Below are positions 49,792-63,416 of a stretch of DNA of 64,000 nt, one piece after another. The stretch lies in the NCBI GenBank assembly GCA_010015585.1, contig ML975149.1; one strand, given 5' to 3'. The translations under genes were made by a program, and so were the position numbers. Each line of letters starts with the position of its first letter. Within the stretch, counting starts at the first letter, position 1. The DNA is from Eremomyces bilateralis CBS 781.70 (Eukaryota). A model generated the notes under the pieces. That model made no database searches and had not been told where the DNA came from. It saw only the letters and a list, made by a program, of their open reading frames with translations.

Positions 49792-52320
49792 TCATGCCAC
49801 TAGCTTCACCTCCGCCTTCTTGATCGTGTCCCTCGCGGTCGTAATCCGTAATCCCATCCTACATCGGTCAGCCACATTCCGCACCACCAGAAGTCGAGCC
49901 AATCACTTACCTCGCATCAAGATCATACGCCTCCCAATTCGCCACCTTCTCCAACCACTCCTTACACTCCGCCAACTTCCCCCTCCGCGCCGCCTCCCCC
50001 TCTACCTCCATATCCCCCCACTCCTCCCACCGGATAATCGCCATCTCATAATGCGCCAACGGCAGCGACCAATTATCCTTGTTCCCCCCCTTAAATGCCG
50101 ACCACGGCTCTCCCAACACGTTCTCCCTCAGCCCCACCTCCGCCTCCTCCGTCCGCCCCAAACTCCGCAACGTCGCGCTTTTGAGTACCGCCATCACCCC
50201 CTTCTCATCCACCTCCTCCTCATCCCAGGGCACGGCGCCGGCGCCGGCCTCGCTCCACGCCAGCCGCTCGAGCGACGTAGCCAGGTGCTCGGGGCGCATG
50301 CGGCGGTAACCGTTCCAGAAGTAAATCATCTCCTCGAAGGGGGAGACGCCGGCAGCGGCGACGAGGGGGACGGAGAGGGCGGTGGCGCGGGATTGCCATT
50401 TGGTGAGCTTGCGGGCGACGAAGATGTCGAAGGGGAGGGGGCGGGAGAGGAGTTTGCGGGCGGAGGCGTTTTTGGGGATTTTGGAGAGGAGGGATTCGGC
50501 TTGGGTGGCGTGGGTTGTGGATAGATCTGCATCTTTTTCTTTGTGGATGCGGTAGAGTTCGATGTGGGCGCAGGCAGCGATGTAATAGTAAAGGGAAGGG
50601 GACCAGTTGTTCAATAGAACGCACTCCATCTGTTAGCATGTGGAAATAGCTCACGGCGAGCGACTTACCTTTTGGAACCCTTCCGAAGTTCCCTCATAGT
50701 CATGCCCGTACATGCAGTTCAAGCTGATTTCGAACCATTGAAACGCCTCGACCTGTTTCAGCGGAGATTTCGGGCTGTCTCGCAAAAACTGCACCGCCTC
50801 CTCCAGATTTTTCTCGGCGGACATCATCCGCGCCTCCTCGAGCACCCAAAGCTGGCTCTTCGGATAACGTTTCCTACAATCCTGAAGGAGGTTCCTGCAT
50901 CGTTCCTTCGGGTGACTCCCACTGCCCACCCTCGGCAGGATATCGCAGAAGCCGACCATGACATTGTAGTAGCCCAGCAACACCAGCCCGGCAAAGGCGC
51001 CGTTGATGTTATCGAACTTGGAGGCCTGCCATAACATGGAGATGGCGCGCTCCCGGTCGCCCTTGATGCCGGCGATCTTGAGGAGCATGCTGAACGCCGG
51101 TGGGACCAGGGAGATCAGGAGGAGCAGCAGGCCGAAGGCAAGGTTGATACCGGAATGGACGAAGACGTCAGTGGGGTTACCGGTGATGGCCTCGGGGTCC
51201 GGGCCCTCTTGGTACGGGTTAGAAACGACAGATTGAGATCGAACAGGTCCGGTAGTGCTGCCATTTGGCTCCTTGATGCTCCCGTTGGTAAAGGAGACTG
51301 TCCTCACTGGGTTAGTTGCCGGTGGCTTCGCCGCTGAGCCGTTTTCGGAGATTTTCAGCTTCTCTACTTCCTTTGTTGGGACCGCTGCCTCTCGAGTAGC
51401 TTCCTCCGCATCGAAGAATTCGTCCTCTTCCGTCTGGTCGCTCGAATCGATCGGAGACGATGCTTTACTGACCGGTATGGATTGGTCCGGCTCGGGTTCA
51501 TGCTCAATGGTCGCAGATCTTGAGAGCGCTCGAAGAGAGGGAGTCTCGTTAATGACATTATAGCCATGCTTCTCAAAATACACCCTTTCTGCCTCCACAA
51601 TGGTGTTGAGGGTCATATACGCTTTCCGCATCTTGTAAAATCCGCGAATCGCCTCCGTCAAACTCTCATTGAGTGTGGCGATAACCGCCGCCATGATCTC
51701 CGACAAGGCCATGGCATATCCGAACTCGGACCCCGGAGGATAGATATTCGACGGGTTGGGATTCAGGTCTCGCTGAGCTTTCCGTTGGAACTCTCCAGCG
51801 CTTGTCGCAGCTTCTGCAAGGCGGTCTGCGGCTGGATAGGGAGGTGTTAGGACTAAGAGGGCGGTTGGGTTGGATCCCACCCACCTAGCTTCATATACTC
51901 CTTCTCAAAGCCTAAGGTCGCCCGAAGGAAGACCGTGGTGCCTAACCCTAGCTATCAGGAAGTTAGATGAGATCCCTCTTGTATCAACTGCAGCGGTGGG
52001 GATCCACTCAGGCTGCCTTACAGAATGATACGGCGACTTATGCTTCGAAAGGGCTTCCTCAGCTCCTTCCACATCATCGTCCATGATTTTCAGGACACCT
52101 AATACGCAGATGAGCATTCTGGTCCCGGCACTGACGACGCATGTGATCGGACGGAGAGCATACCCTTGAGTGAGTCCTCCACTGCGGTCATTCAGTCAGT
52201 AGAAGCCGGGAAACGGGGCGATCACGAGGGATTCCTACACAGAAACATCTGCTCGTCGACGCCCAAGTCCGGGGACGCGGCGTCCGCGCTCTTCGAGCCT
52301 CTCCACCAGCTCTTCATCAT
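49792..52320 (-). CDS. IML2: Iml2/TTC39-family protein
   Basis: KIMDDDVEGAE, FLRATLGFE, YPPGSEF, SLTEAIRGFYKMRKAY, FVHSGINLAFG, KFDNINGAFAGLVL, NNWSPSLYYYIAAC, WEAYDLDARMGLRITTA. Confidence 0.9.
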
Positions 52321-52987
52321 GAACGTGATCGCACGGGACCCTGGGGATACTGAAAAGCGGAGCGGTACGAGATACGGCAAGGAGACCAAAAATGAGCCAC
52401 GGGGGACATCCAGAGAACGAGAGTAGCACAGTTGAACAATACCGATCTAAAAACGCAAGAGGAAACAGGAAAACTCAGAATTGGAAATCCAATGGCTCTC
52501 TCGGCATGACGAGGGACTGTGGACGACGTTTAAGAGGGACTCGGACATCGAGCTAGAGATCTCGGTGCCATAACTGTCTGACACTCCGGTCTGTAGGTCT
52601 CCGTAAATGAACCTAATTCCTTGCCTGTGATAGCGGAGGGGGGCGACAAGGGGCGCCTGGCCTGGCCGGAACAGGGATATGGTGCCTGAATGCCTGAATG
52701 CCTGCACCCTGATGAACCAGACTTTTGCCCCGCGCGGACCTGCGATCTCCCGTTTCCGCTCCAGCCAATCGGTGAAGCCTCGGATCTTTTGAATCATGTG
52801 ACCTCTTCAATCCATAAATCACGTGATTCGTTCGATCCTGGTATCCATCGATACATCCATCCACCTCCAGTGGTGCTCTGAATAGACATCAGTACGACTA
52901 CCAAACATCCTCCCACTCCATTTCGATACGTTCTAGAAACCCTACAACCTACTACTCTTCTTCCCAATACCACCCCACCTTATCACC

Positions 52988-53379
52988 ATGGCTCCCCCAT
53001 CCGAAAAGCCCACCGAAGCCCCCACCAAAGACCCGAAGCCCGGTGCCGCCTCACTGGAGGAAGACGACGAGTTTGAAGATTTCCCCGTCGAAGGTATGTG
53101 ATATCGATCCACACATGAAGAAGCCAATGAAAGACTCGGATGGCTAACTTGTGCTTGTTTCGGGGAACTATAGACTGGACGGAAGAAGACACCGAGCTCC
53201 CCGGCGAGAATCAGCAACATCTGTGGGAGGAGAGCTGGGATGACGATGGGGCGACGGATGATTTCGCGGCGCAGTTGAAGTATGTGGTTGGCGAGGCTTC
53301 CTGTTTGGGTGGAAGAGATTATAGTGCTAACTTTGGATTTAGGGAGGAGCTTAAGAAAGTGGAACCGACTAAGCGATGA
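52988..53379 (+). CDS. SEM1: Proteasome lid subunit Sem1/Dss1
   Basis: LEEDDEFEDFPVE|DW and HLWEESWDDD..DDFAAQLK|EEL over two introns. Confidence 0.95.
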
Positions 53380-53760
53380 GAGGGATATGAAGGGACGGAG
53401 AGGAATCTGCAGTTGCGTTGCGATGCTCGTGGTGATAGGATGTGGAATAGATCGGGATATCCAGCGAGCGAGCGACGATAGAGGGAACGAATTCACGATA
53501 TGCCTTGGCGGTACTTCGGGACGGATCAGAGTTCGGAAGAGGATCAGTGAGGGGAAAGATTGAAGGCACATTGGGCCAGGCGATAATAGATACGTCGCGC
53601 CAGCTTCCGCCGTCCGGAGTTATGCACGGTAATATGGCATCGTTCTACCAATATCAATTTTCAGTGTCAACTGGAAGTTCTATATGACAGCTCCATTTCC
53701 TCTTGTCCCACACCCGTCTCTCATTGCTCACCACGCCATATCTCTCCCCACCGAATATCT

Positions 53761-55146
53761 CTACAACTTACTCTTCTCCGAGAGCGCTGTCACTCCCGGA
53801 AGCTCCTTCCCCTCCAACAACTCCAAACTCGCCCCACCTCCCGTGCTCACATGGCTCAGCTTCTCCTCGGTGCCATACTTGGCCGCCACCGTCGCCGTGT
53901 CCCCTCCACCAATAATCACGATCTTCCCGCTCTGCGCGCCGGCAACCGCCGCGTCCATGGTTGCCTTGGTGGCGGTCGCGAACGCGTCGATCTCGAACAC
54001 GCCGGGCGGGCCGTTCCAGAGGATCGTGCTGGCCTCGCCGATGGTGGATTTGAAGAGCTCGATGCTCTTCTTGCCGCAGTCGAGACCCATCCAGCCGTCG
54101 GGGATGCCGGATTCGTCAGTGGCGTAGCCGACCTGGGCGTCGGCGGCAAACTTGTCGGCGGTGACGTAGTCGACGGGAAGGACGAGCTTGACGTTGTGTT
54201 TCTTGGCCTTCTCGACGAGGCTGGCGACGGTCTTGCTGCCGTCCTCATCGAACAGCGAGTTGCCGATCTTCACGTTCTCGAGGGTCTTCTTGAAGGTGAA
54301 GGCCATGCCACCGCAGATGATGAGGCTGTTGACCTTGGTGAGGAGATTGTCGATCAGCTGGATCTTGTCGGACACCTTGGCGCCGCCGAGGATGGCGAGG
54401 AAGGGCCGCGAGGGGTTTTCGAGCGCCTTGGCGAAGTAGTCGAGTTCTTTCTTCATGAGGTAGCCGGAGGCGCGTTGGGGGAGGTCAACGCCGACCATGG
54501 AAGAATGGCCGCGGTGGGCGGTGCCGAAGGCGTCGTCTGCGTCGAATCAGTGCTGGTGCTCGTGCTGGGTGAGGGGGCAAGAAAAAAGAAAGGGCGCTCT
54601 CGTACTGATAAACACATCACCCAACGCGGTCAACCCCTTCCGGAATTCCGCGACCTTCTCCTTATCCGCCTTCACCTTATTTCCCTGCGCATCCTTGCTG
54701 CTCCCCTCCTCCTCCGCATGGAACCGCAAGTTCTCTAACAGGATGACCGCGCCGCTCTCTGCGCCATTGACCGTGTCCTCGACCGCCTTGCCGACGCAGT
54801 CCTCGGTGAAGAGGACCTTCTTGCCCAGCAGCTTCTCTAGCTCCGGGACGACGGGCTTGAGGGAGTACTTCTCGTTCACCTGGCCGTTGGGACGGCCGAG
54901 GTGGGACATCAGCACGACGGCTTTGGCGCCTTGGCCGAGGGCATATTTGATGGTGGGGAGGGCGCCGGCGATACGTTGGTTGTTGGTGATGTTCTTCTCG
55001 GCGTCGAGGGGGACGTTGAAGTCGACCTGTTTCATGGGAATTAGTCAAAGGACGCGGTATATTTCCAGGGGAGCACTTACTCGGATCAGGCAGCGTTTGC
55101 CTTTGAGGTCGACGTCCTCAATGGAGAGCTTGTTGGAGAGCGACAT
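53761..55146 (-). CDS. PGK1: Phosphoglycerate kinase
   Basis: [78 protein letters not shown]; unspliced end reads SEKSKL*. Confidence 0.98.
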
Positions 55147-55835
55147 GTTTACTAGACGAAACTTCGGATTAGGTGTCGTGGTCTTTTCCAGCGTCAATTG
55201 ATCACGAAGGAAATGGAAGAGTTACCAAAACGAAAAAGCTATGAGATGTTCTGATTATCGGATGGGATAACGTCAGGTGTGGGATTTTGTTTTTTCCAAG
55301 ATATCTGATCTGATATTGTTGTTGTGTATTCCGTCCTGTTTTGCCAATGGTGGGGGATTGGATGGTGGGGTGACGAATTGAAGTCATCAGGGTCGAGCCA
55401 TCGGCTTTGGACCACCCGCCTTTTAAACCCCCAGCCGACATCCCCCAGATTGTCGAGTGCCCGTGATTCCCCGATTGCGATGGAGCCGGGGAATTCATCG
55501 AAATCATTCCGAAACCTGGATCTTAAATGTGCTTCCTTCTCCGCATCCGAGCATAGGTCGCAGCGCAGAATCACAGTCGCCGCCCTCGCTGCCGGTGATG
55601 TCGAACGAGATGAACAATCTGAGGGGATACTCTGGTATCATGTCGATTTACGGGTATCTACCAAATTTCCATGTGTTTCTGTAGGCAAGGAGTGTGTAGT
55701 GCATACAGTGGACTCCGGATAGTAGATGAAGAATAACCTCCCAGAACTCCGCAAATGCTCGTGAACCTGCGCCTGAACCATAAACTCCACCCAATTTGTT
55801 CTCAAAGAAATGAGACGAACCGCCCCCAGGCCACT

Positions 55836-56718
55836 TTACATCCGGTCGTCCTCCGATGCGTTCGTCAGGGAAAGGTAGGCGGTCCACGCAATGCCGATGG
55901 TTGATACAAAAGGCTGCGAGCGTTCATTAGCTCACGATTATATTCCAGGCTGGGGATGCAAACATACAATCTGAAACTGAAGCGGTATGATCCGGAAATT
56001 GAGGATCTGCACCGCCGGCCAAACCATGTAGTTCGCTTTCAACGCGGGCATGTAGACGTCCCGGAACTTCTTCAACACGGCTTTTTTCCCACCACCCTCG
56101 GCTACCGTCATGTAGGTGAAGAAGATGCCCAACCCTATAAATCGTTAGCTACCATACCCAATAATTTTATACTGAGAACACGTACCCGCCGGCGCAAATA
56201 TCAACTGATCAAACGCCACCCGCTTCAATGCCGGCACCGTCCCACTCGCCTTCGTCAACGGAAACGTCCTGGACAAAAACGCGAACCACCGATGCTGCAC
56301 CGGCGCCATCAGGAAACCGTACGCCATGAACCGCGTCAGCCGCTCGAAGTCGAACGGCGGCGGCAGCCGCGGACTGTCCGGGATCAGCAGCTCCTCGTCC
56401 ATGCTCTTCTTGTCCAGCTCGTGGATCTCGATCGCGAACACGTCGCTGCTTTGCACGCCGCCGGGCTTGCGAACGGCGCGCTCGCGGACGGCAGTGAGGG
56501 ATTGGGCAACGGTGTCGGCGACGCCGCCGAGGATCTAGGGGGGGTAAGTAGGGGATGGGTGAGAGGTTAGGGTAGACGTACGGCGTTCGTGACCATCGTG
56601 GTAAGGACTAGGTGGTGGAGATTAGTCATGGCAGTCGACAGAGCGGTCACGATATGGAGGACGTACCTGGCCGCGCGGCATAGTATGAGTTAAACTTCCG
56701 GATCAATATCGACGCCAT
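55836..56718 (-). CDS. Mpv17/PMP22 family membrane protein
   Basis: PVLTTMVTNAILGGVADTVAQ, FDFERLTRFMAYG, KRVAFDQLIFAP, VWPAVQILNF, WTAYLSL; four introns. Confidence 0.92.
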
Positions 56719-57440
56719 GGCCAATTCAAACAGAAAGACCAGCGTATGAAGGAGAGGCTGGACAATCGCGATGTTAGAAACGTTGGATATCGAGGGTCGA
56801 CGCTCGACGGCTTTCGATGGAAGGTCAACTCACAGCCCGCCCGTATAACCATCTCCGATTCAGCGCACGCAAGATCCGTCGTCGCTGGGTGTCGATCATG
56901 GTGATCGATGGAAACCGGAAAGGTGCACGCTGTGCCTTTATGGATGGAGAGGAAGTAGACAGTGGAGTTGCCTTGGATTCGTAGGAGTGACGTCTTCCTC
57001 TGTTTCGGAGTCGGATGCCCTGTGCTGGTGGAGGTGTGGCGTCTGACGTCTCCGCTAAGTACAGTGGCGCCTGTGCGATCGGACGTGGTGCGGCCAGCGA
57101 CGTGGAAGAACTTGTCGAGGTATTTAATCTTCCGGCGTCTGTCCTGGACTAGCAGAGTTATAGAAGCGGATGTGGGTGAGATGGAGATGTGAACAGATGC
57201 GGTTTGATGAATAAGGTTCACAGGGCGGTGCGGGTGCCGGTCTCCGATTCAGCACAACATTCAACGTGAGACGCCCCAGTGGATCCTCCTCACAGACTGG
57301 ACGCCCCGCACGCCACCCCTTGGTGCAGCAATCTAAATCTCTACGAAACAGTACTACCAGCCCTATTTAAGTTGGAAAGTCTCAGGAATAGTTGTAGGAC
57401 CAATTTATTGATATAGTAGATGGCTTAATTAGGGACTGAT

Positions 57441-59411
57441 TTAAATATGTATTGGGGACTGTCCTTCCACGGCGATGATATCCGGCACGTCGCGGATATC
57501 CGTCGTGTCCTGCGTATTCAGATCCACCACCCGCAGCGATTCAATCCGCAGCAGTCCTGGAGAAAGGGGGAGGAATTCGAGCTCGGTGGAATAGCACGCG
57601 GCCGCAACAAGCGGACTAGGAGCACGTTAGCTGGACCGTAAATGTGACTGATGCGCCAATACTTACCCAACTCGCAAGTCTGTAGTGAGACAGACCAGTT
57701 CCGCCGGTTCCATTTCCCCCGTCCTAAGCATCCCATACAGCAAATTCGCCTCCACCACCGGCTCCGCCAACTTTTCCTCATCGCTTGCCTCCGTCCCAGA
57801 CGTCCGCTTCTCCTGTCCCCCCGTCCCACTCAACCGATCCCCCCGCCGCGGCGTACGCCGCTTCGACACCGCAAGTACGGCCAGCCGCACCAGTGACTCC
57901 GACCGATTAACGATGAACAGCTTCCACGTAAACACCTCCCCCACGCGCACTTCGCTCGGCGCCGAGATCGTGATCACCACCCCGGAGTCGGTCGTCATGC
58001 TATGCGACGTCCCCGGTCGCTCGATGTCCGTAGATCCGGACCCGCGGTGCCCGTCGGGTCCGGGGCCCGGGGGCAGGCTGCGGGGGATCTCGATGGAGGT
58101 GGACTGGTGGAGGAGGGTGGAGCGGGTGCGGGAGTGGCCGAACTTGGTGTGCGTGGAGAAGTCGACGGGCATGCTCCAGGCAATGGCGAGGCGTGGGCGG
58201 CAGGTCGCGGAGACGAGCGCGGTGCCGGTGATGTGCAGGCGGAGTTGGTGTTTGCGGGACTCGTTGGATAGAAGCTCGTCGAGGGAGGGGTCGGGGTTGA
58301 GGCGGTAGAGACAGGTGACTTGGTCGCCGGGTTGGCATTGGATGGGCAGGTTGGTGCCGAATGGAGTTACGACGCCCTGCGATAGGGACATGGAGATGTC
58401 GGTAATCAAGATGTCCGCGGAGGCGAACGGCGTGATCTCAAAATCGAACGACGCGACCAGATCGTTCGTCTTCGGTGGGGAAGCGCTCTTCGAATAGCGG
58501 ATCCGCCATAATAGTGGTGGTGCAGCTCGGTACATCCTCTTTTGCCCGGTCGTCCGAATGGGCCGAGCGACCTGTGGGGTTATGGTGTTCGACGGAACTA
58601 CTTTCGTGATTCGAAGTGCTGAGAGCCGTGGTCCAACTCCGGCAAAGGTAGGGTCGTGGGAGAATGGCTCCAGCAGGTTCATGGCCGCCGGGACGCCGCT
58701 TGGGAGGTAGTCTTCGGTCGAGGGGGTATCTAGAGATGGATCTGGAGCCAATGCTCCGGAGACGGCGAAGAACACGGCGACTTTCTGCAACTTCATACGA
58801 GGGCGGGCTAACGTGATACGTGCGTTAATATCAAGACCATCGTGCATGGAAAGGAGGGTATACCTAGGGGGATGGTTGCTTTCCAGAACAAATATATCGT
58901 TTGTTTGGAATCGGACTCATCGTCACTCTGGGTGCCGCTTGCTGCTACGATCGGCTCTTCGGCCGTGTTTACAGCGGTCGAATGCAGCATCTCCTTCGCA
59001 GGAGGCGGCGGCTGGTTCGGTCTCGCATCTCCGTGTCTGGGGAACGGCGGAGGGGGGATTCCCGTCGCCCATGTCTCAATATTCACCTCTAGTTTCGACA
59101 GCAGCGGATTCAAGACCGCTTCTGATACCAGCGGCGTTCGAAGCACCACGTAGACGTCCACCACCTCATCTATGATCGGTCAGATACTCGTTCAGCACTT
59201 AAATCGAGGGACCCAAACCGAGCAATAAAAACGGCCGCTGTTGAACGAATGCCGGTAGATGCCCGTCGTCGTCCTGACCGTCGCCATCCCATTCTTCCAA
59301 GCTCTTCTTCAAGTCCAACTGCGAATCAGCGGGGACGATCACGTCCAGCACCGAGTTTTCGATGAACTCGGCCACATCTTGAGGCGAGGGTTCCGATATC
59401 GTGCCAGGCAT
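57441..59411 (-). CDS. TRS65: TRAPP II subunit Trs65-like
   Basis: SVLDVIVP, VGEVFTWKLFIVNRS, ELVCLTTDLRVG|PL...CYSTELEFLPL..LRIESLRVVDL...DVPDI; three introns. Confidence 0.82.
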
Positions 59412-59946
59412 GGCTCTTTTGTAGCACTCCGTAGTTGAGGAGTATGAATAGGAGGTGTGGTACATGTACTTTTCATGCCACACAGCCCCTGAGTCCCTGA
59501 ATGGAGGCTCCCAGGCCCAAACAGCGTGAAGCGGGAGACGGGAAATTAATTCATAACCGCGTAATTTTTCCTTTTTCTTTCTTCAATTTTGAACACGACG
59601 CCGGTAGTTCAACCCGATTTTATTAACTGATTCTAGTGAAAATGCCTATATCGGTATTATTCAGATGATCGACCACAGCGCGTTTGTTTCGTGAACTGTC
59701 AACTGTGAAGGTTGGATGTGCACGGACCACATACCGCCGACTTTCAGATTTGAACCGTAGAGAGTTCTTGTTCAGTCGCGAATGGAGTTATTACACAGGC
59801 AATATCTTGTTGAAATCACTCCCGTATCCGATCCCATACCTCTTTCACTGAATCCTAGAGTCGCCGTGAGACCCTTGATCCTCTAACCAGAGTATCGTGG
59901 GATTCTCCATAGCCTCTCCTTCGTCGCTACGTTTGCAGCTGGCGCG

Positions 59947-62488
59947 ATGAACGGCCTTCCTCCGCGACCAGGTCTCTGGCAGGAGGCCAAAAGCCCCGAT
60001 GGACGGGTATACTTTTACAATACGCAGACCAAGGCGACACAATGGACGAAACCGGAGGATCTGATGACCCCCGCGGAGGTTGGTCTACCACCTGGTATAT
60101 CCTGTTCTCACATCCCATGCATGCTAACCCGTCACTCACAGCGCGCTCTCCAGAGTCAGCCATGGAAGGAGTATAGCAGTGAAGGCGGCAAGAAATATTG
60201 GTACAATACCGAGTCGAAACAGAGTACATGGGAAATGCCCGAAGTCTACAAGAATGCTCTTGCGCAATCTCAAGATCAGCTCCCGCAGCGACCACCTCCC
60301 CCGTAGGTCACCCAAATGCCTTAAATCCCCTCATCTAACGTGTTATAGTGCATTTGTCGCTGGGGGCATGGCCGCGTACTCCCCTGCCCCTACCAGAGAC
60401 CGCGATCCGAGAGACCGTGACCACAGAGACCGCGATGATAGTTATCAACAAGACCGTCCAGGGCCTGACCGCTACTCCTCCTACAACGAGCCACATCGAT
60501 CTAGCTTCGCTCCCTCCAGCGATGAGCCATACTACGGGACCCCCGACGAAGCCGAGAGCGCGTTCTTCAAGCTCCTTCGCCGAAGCGGCGTTCAACCCGA
60601 CTGGACATGGACACAGATGGTTCGCGCCTGCGCGAAAGACCCCCAGTATCGTGCGATCAAGGATCCGAAAGACCGCAAGGTTGCGTTCGAGAAGTTCGTC
60701 ACCGAAGTCCGCACGCAAGAGAAGGAGCGCGAGAAGGAACGACAAGCGAAGGTCCGCGCCGACTTCATCAATATGCTGAAGAGCCATCCCGAGATCAAGT
60801 ACTACACTAGGTGGAAGTCGATCCGTCCGATTATCGAGGGCGAGACTGCATTCAGGGCAGCGAAATCCGAGGACGAGCGGACTGCGCTGTTCAATGAATA
60901 CCGCGACGAGTTGTGGAAATCGCATTCAATCGAGGAAGAAACCCTACGCAAGACAGGTCTCAACCAGTTGACGGAGATGCTCAAAGTCATGGTGGTAGAT
61001 CCGTATACAAGGTGGTTAGAAGCCCACAATAAGCTCCAAGAGAATCATCGATTCAAATCCGAGCCGGCGTTGGGGGCGCTCAATACGTTGGATGTCATGA
61101 AATCATTCGAGAACCACATCAAGTCGCTTGAGCGGAATCACAACGAAGCTCGCCAGAAAGAGAAGCAAAAGAAATATCGAACAGAGCGCCAGAATCGAGA
61201 TAAGTTCATCGCGCTGCTTAACGAGCTTAAGCGGGCAGGTAAGATCAAGGCTGGCAAGTCCTGGTCCAGCATCCATCCACTAGTCGAGAAAGACCCACGA
61301 TTCGATGCGATCCTTGGTCAGAGCGGCTCCGGCCCTCTTGAGCTATTCTGGGATATTGTCGAAGAAGAAGAGCGCCTCTACCGCGCCCGACGCAACGATG
61401 TGTTGGATCTTCTCGACGATCGACAATTCGAGATCACTCAGAAGACAACACTGGCCGAGTTCACCCACCTCCTCTCTGCCGATCGCCGAACCGCTTCCAT
61501 CGATCCCGACATCGCATCCCTCATCTTCAACCGCCTGCGCGACAAAGTGGTCAAACGCGCCGAAGACAACAAGTTCACCGCCGAGCGGCAACAACGCAAA
61601 GCTGTCGACGCGTTACGCTCACGCATCAAGCGCCTCGCCGACCCTCCCGTCACCGCCACCGACACCTGGGACCTGGTCCGACCCCGCCTCGAAAAATCCG
61701 ACGAGTTCCGCGCCCTCGACTCCGACGAGCTCCGCAAGAGCGCCTTTGAGAAAGTTGTCCGCCGCCTCAAAGAGCGCGACGAGGATCACGAAAAGGAGAA
61801 AGAACGCTCCAAGCGCGACAAGGACCACCGCCGCGATGACCGCGATCGCGACCGAGGCGACCGCGACCGAGGAGACCGATATCGCGGCGAACGCAACGGC
61901 TACCCCTCCCGCCGCCACCGCACCCGCAGCCCCGACCACGACCCCTACGAAGCCGACCGCCGCAAAGCGCAAGCGGACCGCGAGCGGCAGTACCGCAAAT
62001 CCAGCGCCGGGGTGTCGCCGCCGCCACCGCCGCGGAGCACGCGCGACCGCGACGATCGGGGCCGGCGGGTGAGCGGCGGGGGCCACTATGATCGGGAAAG
62101 GAGGGAACGGGAGGCGGAGCGGGAGCGGCTGTATGTCAACCGGGGGGATCCAAGGGAGCGGAGCAGTGAGTTGGATTATGGGGATTCGCGGTCGGGGAGC
62201 GTGCGGAGGAGGAGGGAAAGCGATGCGGAGAGTTTGGGGAGTCGGCGGGAGGTGAAGGTGAGTGGCATTCCCGGATTTTTTTTCCCGCGAGTTTCTAGAG
62301 AGGGTGGGCTGACGTGCTGGAAATAGCGAACACGACGCGAGCATGAGGTTCGCGAACCGGCGCTCTCCCCGCGCGAGTCGAAGAACCCGCGGAGGTCGCG
62401 GACGAGAACGCCGGCGCCGCTGCCGAAGGAGGATCCGGCGGGTGGGTATAAATCAGGGAGCGAGGAGGGCGAGATCGAGGAAGATTGA
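59947..62488 (+). CDS. PRP40: U1 snRNP-associated WW/FF-domain protein Prp40
   Basis: Two WW domains ([41 protein letters not shown]), tandem FF domains, RD/RS-rich tail ending [11 protein letters not shown]. Confidence 0.95.
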
Positions 62489-63416
62489 GGGGAATCATGG
62501 AGACAATGGGGATCACCTTGCTGAAAGAGTCGTGGGCTTCGAGAAGGCCATCAGAGCGTTTTCAGAGTGGAGTTGACCGGTGAGTGGATACGTAAATCAT
62601 GAACTGCTTCACACGCTACTCATCTGGATCCGCACCGGGCGAAGAAAATAACGGGGAAAACGCAATGGCTTCTTTTGCGTCGTTGTCGTCCTCCTCGATG
62701 AAGCGCGATGGGTTCGAGGGAGGGGTTGTTGGGACCGTGTATGTTGTTCCAATTACCTTCGCACCTTTTTTTGCAGGTTTATCAAAAGTTTTAATTGCCC
62801 CAGGCATGCAGCAAGCGCACAATTCATGGTCCAGTAAGAAGACGCGAGAGAGAGACACGTATCGTAGCACGCACGACCAGACCATGTTCGGATCTCGGGC
62901 TCACAACGCGAGAGGAGACGTGAGACATCCCACGACGTATGTCAGCTGGCAGAGGAATGTTTGCATTCTAATCTACCTCATAGTGAAATATCCTGTTGCC
63001 TGGAAAGGAAAATTCATGTCTCCAGCGAGTGAACAATTGGTCGGTGAGAATCTCAAACAAGCATCCGAACGGTAAGTTGTCCCATCCGTTCTTCCATCTG
63101 GCACCCCCCGGCGCGTCAGGCAACTCCACACCCTCCTGTCGCCCGCGCCCTCCCTTCGGTTGACGAAGGGAGGATCTCATCATCCATGTGTCCCCGACGC
63201 TCTACCAGCCAGGGCGGACCGCATCCGCGCGAGAATCTTCAAGAGCACGCCTCTCTATCTCGGTAGCCGTCGAGGATCGTGTCATCATCGTCGTCCGCAT
63301 CGTCATCGTCGCTGTCTGCTTCCCCAGTCGCCGACTTTTGGCCACTGCCCGATTTTTTAGTCTTGCTCTTCACGCGCTTGCGCGAGGAGCGCTTCTTGGA
63401 ATCATCCGAGGCGTCT

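Noticed and set aside
53280..53342. Stop-free 63-nt SEM1 intron as a retained isoform
   Set aside because: Short 3n stop-free introns arise by chance, and the splice signals are canonical.
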